DNA of 64,000 nucleotides from NCBI GenBank assembly GCA_026026165.1, contig JAPEUD010000001.1, forward strand, positions 124,001 to 188,000, given 5' to 3'. The position numbers and the translations under genes were made by a program. Source of the DNA: Sarea resinae (taxonomy: Eukaryota). The stretch's first letter is position 1. Every line of letters starts with the position of its first letter. Shown here in pieces: positions 1 through 11,809 of the stretch. Under the pieces are notes generated by a model. It worked only from the letters and a program-made list of their open reading frames with translations, did no database searches and was not told where the DNA came from.

Positions 1-189
1 CCTCCACGACTCCATATATCCTGTGTCACCTCGAAGCACATCCGAATCTAATTTACCAAAAAAAGTGCCATATAATCTTAATTATCTGCAGGAACCCGGT
101 GGCTACCCCTTGCTACACTTGTGGCTCACACATGCCGTGTTGAAACGCTGGTGGAGCTACCACCTGAGCGTGTGTTCAAGTACCCTATT

Positions 190-1700
190 ACTCAGTTACA
201 ACGACTCCAGATACGCAATATGACGCTTCTTAGATATCCAATCCGACCAAGGTACGTGAACCCTCTTCAACAACGCAAAGAAACCGCAGCCCAAGCTTCC
301 CGAAGATCTCGGCCGCATACCATCGGTGCTTTCGCGCAAATGGTCAACAGCGTCAAGTCCATGAGCGTGGAGAGGTCGTGCTGGTTCTCTCCGTCGTCAC
401 CCTCAACCAATTCTTCCATTCCCGTTATCTCGAAGAAGCCTCATCTGGAAGGAAGGAGTCTATTTCTTGCCGAGCTCTGCCCTCAAGCCAAAGTCGAGCT
501 GGTTCTACAAGTGTGAGCCCAGTATCCAGTAGCCCTCATCTTACTACGTACCAGTAGCTTGGGCTTCTGATACAGGAGGCTTTTCGACACAGTCCATCTG
601 AAGGGATTCGGACCGTCATTTCTCGCACGGTCTGTCCCGGTAGAATGAGTGCTTTGACAAGAATATCTCCACGCTGAATAAGGTCAAGGGAGTGGTCGAG
701 GTGTAGAAAAGGGTGGCCCAGGACAGCTTGAGTCAGGCGATAAACCCAGTCTCTTTCCAAGGCGTCGGCAACTTATTTGGGGACCTGGATAGTGAAGCAC
801 GCCAGTAAGCTGCTGGAGACTTAGCAGATGAAAATATATAGGTGTGTATGTGGATAAAGCTTGTCTCGAACATGATCACGCATAGCGACATGGTCACCCT
901 AGAGACGCCAGCCAAGAATACCGCTGCCCAAACCATTGAAAGGATCCCAGGATTTCAGAGGAGATGCATTTCCTAACTCGTCTTTTGATGAGACTCCATG
1001 TGCCAAGGGCTAGGATGATGATGATGTCTGGACTTTTTGCATCAAAAGATGACAATAGCCACAACAACTTGACCGAAATACCGTAAGCTGGCCACCCGAC
1101 GTCACCCAATATTTTTACTCATGCTCCGACTTTGCATACCCACGGGTTGGTTGTATGGCCGCAGTCCATGAGGAGGTTCTTTGATGATGGCATCCATGGA
1201 TTCTCTTGTGAGGGAATTCCAATACCATGGCAATGTGGTCACCTGTACAACCGGAAAGATCTCGTAGATAGTTAATCCTTGATAATGGAGCACTTTCGAA
1301 AGCTCTTCGACCAGACAAGATTGTTGTCAAGAAAGTGGGAATGATGAAGCCCGACGAGATTGTATTTATCTCTGAGATTCCTGGTTGAGTGGCCCTGTAT
1401 ATCAACTTTCCGACGGGAGCCTTCTCTCCGGCATTTTCCTCGTCGATTCACGCCCCGCTCTGAAGTTGCTCTGGTAGGGTCGCCTCCATTAACGAGATGA
1501 TGCTGCAACTAGAAAGTCCAAAAAGGAGTGAAAGGACAACATGGATGGCGATTTTCGCCCATCAATTTTCAGCGGCCGGTCATTATACACATGCAGTCTT
1601 CTCCTACTACGTTCTCAACCCTCAGAGGCGCTCGTTTGGTAGAGCAGATTTTCGACTTTCACGAAAAGATTCACGATTGCGGTAACGATGATCTTTCCGT
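190..1700 (-). pseudogene. Decayed CLC-family (GEF1-like) chloride channel/antiporter
   Basis: Collinear fragments in different frames, broken by stops and frameshifts: GISEINTISSGFIIP (cf. CLC GSGIPEIKTILSGF), AAVFLAGVSRVTMSLCVIMFET (cf. AAxLxGxxRxTxSLxVIMFE), VLGHPFLHLDH, and a CBS-region remnant LTICAKAPM..IFGKLGLRFLCVVEEG. Boundaries approximate. Confidence 0.8.
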
Positions 1701-3204
1701 GGCAGGATCGAAGGCGGACTGGACTTGAGGTGATGATTCAGACTTGATGAGGAGAAAGAGGAGTATAATGATGAGGAAGATGAAGGAAGGAGGGGAAAGG
1801 GAAAGGGTGATGAGAGAATTGGGGAAGAGACTGCGTAGCAGCAGAAGGCATGGTAGGCATGGTGAGAGAAGAAGGCCTACACAAGACCAAGGTAGGTAGG
1901 CGTGATACCCTCTACGAAATGTATAAACAGAGAACTGACTAGAGATAAGCCTCCAGCTACTTCGTGCACAGCACGAAGTACACGAAGTACATGGAAAGTA
2001 CCTCATCTCCAGGTAGCTAAGAGGATCCCTGCGCCAATCATGTTGGGACGGCGCCTGGACTGAGGGTTTCCACGTCCGGATCAACACAATCCCATGGATA
2101 CTCTCCATCCATACCATCAAGGAGAGAGATCTGGCCACAAAAGAGATCGGGCTTCCTATGGATGGCCACCAGCTTGTGCGATAGCAACGATCAACCGAGC
2201 GATTCATGATCAGCAGGTGGATAGAACCTAGCCCTAGAGTCTAGGGCATGGATCCATGCTACGAGAACTGATGACTGCAGCTTGCAGGACGCAGGAGATC
2301 ACGTGTAAGTCCTCAGGGCCGAGGGCCAGCGCTGCTGGCTCCGAGGCGGGGCAATAGAGTACTAGGTACGTACGACTACATAGTAGTAATCCAATTTCAC
2401 TGAGTAAGGTACCTTACCCTAGGTACTATTTCGTACTCTAACTCCTCCAATTCAATTCAACTCAACTCCCAACACTTGCCGAAAGGAAAGGGCACACGAC
2501 CACAAATGCAAAAGCAACAGCAAAAGCAAAAGCAAAACTCAACAGAGTCCTCTCAGCGCTGTGTATACTTACGGCTCGGTACACGACATCTACCTATACA
2601 TCAACTCAAGACGTTCTCATTTCTCGTGAATTGATCATCTTGGAGATGCCATGAATAATAAATACCAATAGTGCAAGGTATGCATGTGTTTGTACTCGTC
2701 GTAACCTGAACATTCTGGACCCTGAACGCCCACGAGTGTCATGCTTGCTTGTTGCTGCTGCTGCTGCTGCTGTGGCCGGGCTGCTTCGTCTTTCCCGTCC
2801 CTTGCACTAAGTGACGTCGCGTGGCTTTCGTTCGTTCCACACTAGAATCAAATGAATTGTCTGCTCCGTTTGGCCTCTGAAATGGAACCCACCGTCGAAT
2901 CTCCACCGACACCGCCTTGTTGACCTCTTAGTCTACCATTGGACATTACGAGTACAGTGACAACCCAGTATCTCTGTATTTCCATTTTCGACGTTGCACT
3001 ATCAACCCCACGTCTGCCTCTTACCGCCCTTATAGTCCTCGCTTTACCCCTCCACGATCATAGCCCAAGACATCCTAATTGACCAAGTATTCAATTAATC
3101 CTGGCGCCACACTCCACTGTATTGACGAGAACGAGCCTCACCAAACATAGCGCCTCTCAGTACTGCGTGTTGTGTGCGGGTGCCCTACGTCTACCTCCCC
3201 CACG

Positions 3205-4704
3205 ATGGCTACAGCATCTGCCGATGATGTCCGCTTCATCCCTCTCTCCTACAACAATGCCGAGTCGCAATCTTCTGCCCTTCGTCTGGTCTTGGCACTG
3301 TACCCCGAATGGAAGCAATCCGAGGGCCCAATAGAGTTCGTCAGATTCACCGATGGCATCACCAACACCGTACGCACCTCCTTTGGCCATCGACGTCGGA
3401 AAGCTGACAGAACCTAGCTCTTAAAAGCCATCAAGAAACGGCCTGGCCTCACAGAAACTCAGATCGATGATGATGCGGTACTCCTTCGTGCGTACGGCAA
3501 CAATACAGATGTCTTGATTGACCGAGAAAGTAAGGCCAAAGCCATGATCTCCTTTGGACGCAGCTCACTGACCGATTCTAGGAGAAACTACCTCGCACTC
3601 CCTGCTGTCTCGGCACAATCTCGCACCAACGCTCCTCGCCCGTTTCCAGAATGGCCTACTATACAAGTTCATCCAGGGTAAAGTCTGCACACCGGCGGAT
3701 CTCACTCGAGAATCTGTCTGGAGAGGTGTTGCCCGAAGACTTGGCGAGTGGCATTCTATCTTGCCCATTACCACCGTGCATGAGATTGCTGCTGTTGAGG
3801 AAGACAAAGGTGATATTCCATTGCCGTTGTCAAGGCCTGCATCCTCACGCAGAGAGTCAGCCAAGCTGGAAGCTATCAGGAAGATCACACCGGGCAAGGC
3901 TGTGCCGAATACGTGGACCGTTATGCAGAAGTGGATATTCGCGTTACCGGCAGAGACTGAAACCGAGAGGAAAAGACGGGATCTCTTACAACAAGAGCTG
4001 TACAAGCTAGTGAAGGAGCTAGGAGACAAGCCAGGACTGGGAAAGAATGGCGTAAGTCTAACATTGCAATGTATAAACGATCTACTGACATGACAAGCTC
4101 GTCTTTGGACATTGCGATCTTCTGAGCGGTAATGTCATCATGGAGCCTGGTCACGGCGCCGCTGTTGGCGAAGATGTCGAGACTGTCAGCTTCATCGACT
4201 ACGAGTAAGCAGTCAACTCTTAATCTATAGCGTCGCTGACATCTCAGATACGCGACACCTTCTCCTGCTGCCTTTGATATCGCCAACCACTTCGCGGAAT
4301 GGGGTGGCTTTGACTGTGATTATAACAAATTACCAACGCGTTCAGTACGAAGGCATTTTCTCCAAGACTACCTTCAAAGCTATCATTCCCATCAAGGCCA
4401 GACCAGTGTAGATGAGAAGGAAGTTCAACGGCTTTTTGACGAAGTTGAGGATTTCCGCGGCGTGCCAGGGTTTTACTGGTAGGCTTTATCTATCTTTGTT
4501 TACGTTCTCTGACTAACCTTTTCGAAAAGGGGCATCTGGGCGCTAATCCAAGCGACAATCTCGCAAATCGACTTCGACTATGCCGACTATGCGGAAGTCC
4601 GACTAGGAGAATACTGGGCCTGGAGAGCAGAAAATGATGGTTCGAGAGAAAAAGAGGGCAAGGAGATGCCGCTGCGAGAAAGACGATGGGCCCAGGAGGT
4701 CTAA
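3205..4704 (+). CDS. EKI1: Ethanolamine/choline kinase (multi-exon)
   Basis: FVRFTDGITNT|LLK, VLLRAYGNNTDVLIDRE, LLARFQNGLLY, Brenner-like HCDLLSGNVI, FIDYEYA, FDIANHFAEWGG. Canonical introns (e.g. 3370-3417, 3530-3581). TAA at 4702-4704. Confidence 0.9.
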
Positions 4705-6526
4705 ATCCAGAACTTACATTGAACGTAGTAGCTTGCAAATGAGGGCTGCGCTAAGCTTTGGCTTTGTAGGTCTACCCCTCCAGCTTCAGATGGGAGGAGG
4801 AGCAAGCGACTTGAAAGACGGATTTCAACAACCGTTAAAGTGGCTTGCCTAGGTACCTTCTGTTCCCTACTGATTGAGGTTGAAGCATCAAAGGGCGATG
4901 TGATGACAACGATCCGTCAATAACCGTGTTTTATTTTTAAGGAGGCGGTGTCTCACCTTCATTCTTGATTTGTTGTTGTCTTCAACGACGCGACTATACC
5001 CGGCTGGTGGCGTGCGTGCTTTCCAAAGTGTTCATCGGAAAAAGCGAGCGTGCGGAGCAGCATCAGAAGAGATGGACAGGGCAGTTTTATATGGCGTTGT
5101 CTTTCTTAAGTCCGATGCATGCATGCATAGCTCTGGCTTATCCTTATTCTTCACTGTTCTTTTCTTGGGGGTACGACTTCTCTTGAGCCGATGCTCGACC
5201 TCTGGGCTGTAGAAAGGGGTGGTTTGTCGGTTTCTCTTCTGCTTCGACGCCTACGATGATAAGGACGACGAGGTTTAAATGATAGACCCTTATGTTTACT
5301 TTCCCTCTCTCTCGCTATAGCATTAGCTAGTGAGGGAGGTCTAATACATGTTAATACCTTTTAGAGTTGATAAGTGATGGGGTCCAGCTTATGAGACGTG
5401 AGATAGTCCAGGCATCTTCTTCGTTGGACGTACTCGTCTACGTAGTGGCAGATGAAGCAAACAGGCAAGTTGTTGATATCGTCGATTATCAGATATGACG
5501 GGCACTTCCATGGAATCCTCGGAACCAAAGTTGGTAGTAGTAAAACCTGATAAGCTAGTAAGCCTACCTCGGTTTACATACCTACCTAAATGAGGTGCCA
5601 AGTTACATTCAGAGCAAAGGTCTGGATAGTCGCGCTCGTAGAGAGGAGCCGTCCAGTGTCACGGATGTTACATTATTTACGGGAGTTTGCGTCCGTAAAT
5701 CAGAGACGTTCGACGATTTTTAGTCGAGAACTCGGGATAATCGCAGATACCGGAATCTAGACGAATCCAACCTAATGGATCTCGGGTTCGCTACAGAGAG
5801 TCGGGCGGCTCTCTACGTACGACGTACGAATACTTTGGCCAAACCCAAATGGGACCGCTATCAGTACCTAACGATTGAAGAGTCTTGCAAGTATGTGGTC
5901 GGAATATTGCTCCTACTTATTGTGCGAGCCTTCAAGATATTTACTTCGTAGGAGACGTCGAAATTGCTAACTTGGGCACCTAGTCTGGTGTGTATGCCTA
6001 CCTAAGGTATATGTTGACGGTACCTCGAAATATCGTAGTCAGATGGGCCTCTAAGAGGTGGCACAAGATTCTGATTCTAGGTATCGATGTTCAACGAGAC
6101 CTGGCATAGACGTTCGACGGTTTTTGTCCAAAACTTATCTTAGACGTTCGACGAATATTGCCAAAAACTCGATAGAGTTCAGGGTGCCCGTACTTCCATT
6201 GTATTCTAGAACATCCATGGACTCATCCATCCACCGATCGAATCAAGGATGCCTCGGATTCACGCAACCCAGCGGCACAGACCAGCTGAAGTCACTAATT
6301 GCGGGGCAAATCCCATCGCCCCAAGCGTTATTGATCCACCACCGACGTACTCTAATCGCGAAAGTGAGGTGACACGGCACCACTGCCGCGTTACTTGATA
6401 CACATCTGAAGCCAAATATTTATCTCCAGCTCGAACCTACCATTCTACTACGGGTCTGCAATTAATTTCCTGGAACAAATACTTCATCCTGTGTCGTGTT
6501 GGATATCTGTTGTAGCCTAAGCCACC

Positions 6527-7806
6527 ATGTCTGGATTCCCAAGCCTTCAGCCCGCCTTCACGGCTCTGGTGCGGATCACCCCTCCATGGCTATCATGGTG
6601 CTTCCTTAATTGACATTTCGATGCCAACAGGTCGAGATTGATGCCCCATTGGGCGTAGGTACGGACAGGTCCCCTCTGCCTCTTTCCCGTCGATATACTT
6701 GTCCTCCTGCGTATCATGTTTCCGTTCTAACAAATGCCTCAATATTACAGGCAGTCTCTCAAAGGGCGCTCCGCTCACCGTCGTCGTATGTCGTCATCTC
6801 CATGAGTCCCTGAACACCAAACAAAAGCACACAAATAATGACTAGGCTAATTGCCGCTATAGCCAATGACAGGGGGCACCTTGAAAGCCGAGCCCGGCTT
6901 CACGAGCCCGGCCCTAGACGCCAAATTCATTGGAACGGGATATGATTATATCCGCCACGATCCCTCCGGAGAACATATGCGCTTGGATGTGAGGTCGCAG
7001 CTGAAGTACGTCTACAGTCATATAAACGTCCTTTGTGCCGTTGAGGTAGCTAGCTTGCCCCAGGGACAAGGGGGTTTGGGACCATAGAGGGCGACCTTTA
7101 GGGACGTGATGAATTATGCCCAGCGTGGAGGAATCAGAAACACGAAATTTGCGGACAAAAGAAATAAGCGTTTGAAGGTTTCCGCAAAAGCTAACACATC
7201 GCTCTCACAACCAGAAACAAAGACGGCGCTGTAAGTCCCCCTTCCGGTTCCCCTTCTCGCCCTCCTCTAGACCATACGGAAACAGATCACATAGGCTAAC
7301 TTCTCGTTACGGCAAACAGCTCTTCAGTCTCTACTACACGGGCGTCATTGCCAAAGACCCCGCGCTGCTGAAAGTGCTCGAGGGAAGCCCCGACGCTCAG
7401 ACTACCGAGTTCGGAAATGCTTGTACGCACCATCCTCTAGGCCCTTTTTCCCCCGAACTCATCTCTCAATTCCCCTAACATCCACCTCTCGGCTGAGGAG
7501 ATTTCTTTTACTGTCGGCGCCGTTTGCAAATCATCCTTACTAACCGGTCATTGATACCTAGTCACGCATTTCACATTCGAGGTTCGTTATCATCCCCTCT
7601 ATTGATTAGCCCTCGATTGATGTTCATCTCATTACCACTTTCACCCAAACTAACGACGAGATTGCCTCGCGTCTCTTCAGACCGGTTCCCCCGCTCTCAA
7701 AGAGCTAGAGACCTCGGTATTTGTCGGCAGCGGCAGGTTCAGGATCGAAAAGGGCAAGCCAACCGTGGTTGAGTATAAGATCAGCAAGGTGGTTTATCGG
7801 CCTTGA
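6527..7806 (+). CDS. DUF3237/UPF0311 beta-barrel protein (many short exons)
   Basis: GCCACC-ATG start MSGFPSLQPAF; internal GTGYDYIRHDPSGEHMRLDVRSQLK; C-terminus ETGSPALKELETSVFVGSGRF..VEYKISKV; about 8 GT-AG introns with CTAAC/CTGAC-type branch sites. Confidence 0.8.
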
Positions 7807-8499
7807 AGTGAAAAAGGGAGGGTTCGAGTAAAAGTGCCGCCCCCTGGAAGATAGAATTGGCAGACTGCCACTCGGAAGCCCACTTGATACATGAATCAAG
7901 CCTCAGAAACCAGAAAATACAAATTTCATACTACAATCTCTTCCACAAATGATCGAGCAAGCATTTGTGCGATAGCATACCCATATCGAATGCAGTACCC
8001 TTTACTCCCCGCCCTCCTGGGCCGGTAAGGCTGTTGAGCGAGACCAATGGAGCAAGGCTCGCTTAATTTGCCAATGGCCTGCGAGATCTGAAGAAGCTTA
8101 GCATCAACGGTGTTCGTACCTCGCAGGCTAGGTACAAGGACTTTGTCTTTGTGGGCGAATCCCGTCGTTTACTGCCATCACGGGTGGTATCCATGGATCC
8201 AGGGATACTTGTCGACCTTGTTGGTCATCTACGCATCATCTTCGGGGGTACTACGTGATGGTCAGGTGCAGTTCAGCTGCCCTGGACGCCTACTTCAGCT
8301 TCATGTCTTCCTTATTCCCCTGCTGAGCGGTCGAGGCAAATCTGCAGCCCGCGGTATCGAAGCTCTCTAAAACCTTGCCAAATTCTATCTTCAAATCCAG
8401 TGGGACGTTCATCGTTGTTGTCTGCAAGTTTCGGCGACAGGATCCGCCATTTCTTACCGGTAATGAAGTCATTATAGGGTCCTGCCCACTTTGACCAAG

Positions 8500-10617
8500 A
8501 TGGTGGTTGCTTCTGTACTGCTCCTCGCAATAGCTAGCGCGCTTTGCGCTGCTAATGAGCCTCAGCATCCGCTCTTTCAGACTGAGCAGCCAGATGGGGG
8601 CTTTTCTAAGGCTGGGAGGAAACTGCACGGCAGGTTCCTCCATGTAACTGGTATGCAGCATTTGCAGGCGATGGCTACTTGTGTAGGCTAAGGTACTGAC
8701 CTCTCCAGACTTTCATCCCGATCCATATTATAAAGTCTATTCTTCGACAGAAAGGGCTTGCCATCACGGCTCTGGTGACGCTGGAGTGTACGGAGCTGAG
8801 AGCTCAAGCTGTGATACGCCCGTCTCTCTCGTCAACGAGACGTTTCAGTGGATTGATGAAAACGTGCGAGATTCGATCGACTTCATAATCTGGACTGGAG
8901 ATTCCGCACGCCATGATAATGACGAAAAGATTCCACGCACGCGGGATCAGGTTGTCGAACAGAATCAACTGTTGGTGAATTACTTCAAACGGGTCTTTAG
9001 CCGAGACTCTTCGGATGACAGGCGGCCTCGGGATTTCACGATACCAATCATCCCCAATTTCGGAAACAATGATATTCTCCCTCATAATATTTTCACAAAG
9101 GGGCCAAATCAGTGGACGAGCACTTATCTGAGCATCTGGAAGAAGTTTATTCCAGAAGAGCAGCGGCATGCGTTTGATCGAGGTGGATGGTTTTGGGTTG
9201 AAGTCATTCCCGAAAAGCTGGCAGTCTTTAGCTTGAATACTCTGTAAGTGAACCATGATGATAACGGAACACAGCGTCTGACCAGTTCGAAAGGTACTTT
9301 TTCGATTCAAATAATGCTGTAGATGGCTGCGCCGACAAATCCGAGCCAGGATACGAGCAGATGGAATGGCTTCGCGTACAGCTGCAGTTCTTGAGGCAGC
9401 GAGGCCTCAAAGCAATTCTCAGTGGTCATGTGCCACCTGCTCGAACTGAGAGCAAAATGAGCTGGGACGAGACTTGCTGGCAAAAATATACTCTATGGCT
9501 GCGGCAATACCGTGATGTTATAGTTGGGGCGGTCTATGGTCATATGAACATTGATCATTTCATGCTCCAGGATTTTGAAGAGATTGACTACCGTGTGGTG
9601 GCTGGTCTTACTGAGTCTCCAGTTGCACGAACGTCTATTGGCTCTGAGGTTTCAATCGCATCAGCGGCCGACTACTTGGTGGGCCTCAGGGACAATTGGT
9701 CAAAGCTCCCGGAACCCCCGCTTAGCGCGTTCGACTCGGAAATATTCAATCCTCAGCTCGAAGGCATTGATATCGATAATTTTGGGAGACACTCGAAAGA
9801 AAAATACCTCGAAAAGATTGGCGGGGAATGGGGCGAGCGTTACAGCGTAGCGCATGTAGGCCCGAGCGTGGTGCCCAATTATTTTCCTACACTGAGGATC
9901 GTCGAATACAATGTCACAGGGTTGGAGTCTGTCATGTCTTCCAAGGACGATCTCACCCTTGGAAACTCTGGTTCACCAAACCGTTTCGGCTGGGATGAGG
10001 ACGATCTCGAATCGTCAAAGAAAGGCAAAAAGCACAAGAAAAAGAAGGGCAAGAAAAGGAAGGGAAAACACCCAAAGAAACCGAAGTTCATCGTTCCAAA
10101 TCCTCCCTCAAAATCTGCTCCTCCTGGTCCAGCTTATTCTCCTCAGACTCTTTCATGGATCGGATATACTCAGTACTTTGCAAATCTTACGTACATCAAC
10201 AACGACATCAAAGAGCGAGCACTTGAAGGTCAGCCCATGGATGCAGCCAATGGTGCAAGAACGAGTCAAAGCGGTGATTACAGCATAGGTAGTCGGAAGA
10301 AACACCCAAAGCCAAATCCAGGGAAGTTCGAGTACGAAGTCGAATACAGCACTTTCGATGACAAAGTATACAAACTCAGGGATATGACGGTCAGAAATTA
10401 CTTAAACCTGGCTCAAAGAATAGGGGGCTTCAAGCCCAGTGAACGCATTGCAGACAATGAAGAATCCGAAAATGAAAGCGTTAATGGCATGAAGGGCGAG
10501 AAGCACAAGCAACATAAGAAAGGCAAGAAGCGAAAAGGAAACGAGGCTTGGTATACCTTTGTGAAAAGGGCTTTTGTGGGTACGAAAGATGAGGAGGAAA
10601 TACATGAGGAGTATTGA
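8500..10617 (+). CDS. PPN1: Endopolyphosphatase (calcineurin-like metallophosphoesterase)
   Basis: N-terminal hydrophobic segment; LHGRFLHVT|DFHPDP, DFIIWTGDSARHDND, GNNDILPHN, GHVPP, YGHMNIDHF, PSVVPNYFPTLR. Introns at 8650-8709 and 9244-9293. Confidence 0.92.
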
Positions 10618-11809
10618 TTTGGCGTTCTAGCAATATTCGAGGTTTTTTGGCAGCATAGAGGCGCGTTCTGCTCCATTTCGTATCATCATTTTCCTTCTTC
10701 GACCTATCTCCCTTAGCAGCAACATAGTACAAAACTGGATACACTCTCATCGGTGTCATCGGAAAATTTCTATTACCCTCCTAACATCACTTTGCTAACT
10801 GGCATCGTGCTTGACTTCTCTTCGATCAGCTTCGCTTCTGCAAATTCCTCACCTGAGATTTTCTCAAGTGATACTCACCTGCTGTTCTCTCATCTACAAG
10901 CTAACCACCTCCTGGTCGGCCGTTCAACAAGTTTTCGCCTCACTCCTGTCACCTCCCCATTGTGGACTTGCTCGACAGATGAGATTGTCCATCACGCTCA
11001 TGCCAACAGTCAGCTTCCTGAAGGAAAACATTTGCTGCCTCTAGACTTCCAAGACCACAACTTCCACTTGAGGCACTTTACCCCCAGTCACCAATCCTTT
11101 CCTTGAGGCTCACTGTCAACTTCACTTCTTCGGCAGTTCTCAGTCCATCTACTCTCTAATTATCATATCCAACAAACCTTGAGCCAGCCGTCAAATCAAA
11201 TCGAGTCATCACTTAGGAGGTCAAGACCTCAGCATCAGAGGAGGAAGTAGTCATTGCTGGTGGAAAGTAAACCGTATGCTTGTTCCTGATTTTACTTGGC
11301 ATCTTCTCTCGTTTCTATCAACTCAACAGATCCGATCTTCCTGCTTGATCTGGCTAACGTTCAGTCAATGGTACCTCAAGCAACTCTTGACCAATATTCA
11401 CAGGATCGTGACTTGGCGTCCCCGTTTCAACCGTTAATTCGCTTGATTCACACAATTACGATCTATCAGGTATCCTTCGATCAGCAGTAGACGGCTGTTT
11501 TTGGCATCACTCTTCGATACCGAGATTTGTGGACTTTATCAGCCCAGGCATCAAACACCCTTCGATCTCTATCACATTTCATCACTTTCTTGTCGTTTTG
11601 GCGCCGAGATAGTTCTCTCTCTCGATGGGCCTTTGCGAAATCGTCTCTTTCATCGACAAAGGCGTGCTTGCATAGTACGCAACTGATCTGAAGATTCTCT
11701 CTGGTTCTCATCTACTGATAATTGCACTGATACCTTCAGAAGGTAAGGTCCATTCCATTTTCTTACCTTGGTGCGTAGATGCTGATATGCTGTCAGCCAA
11801 TTCACCAGC

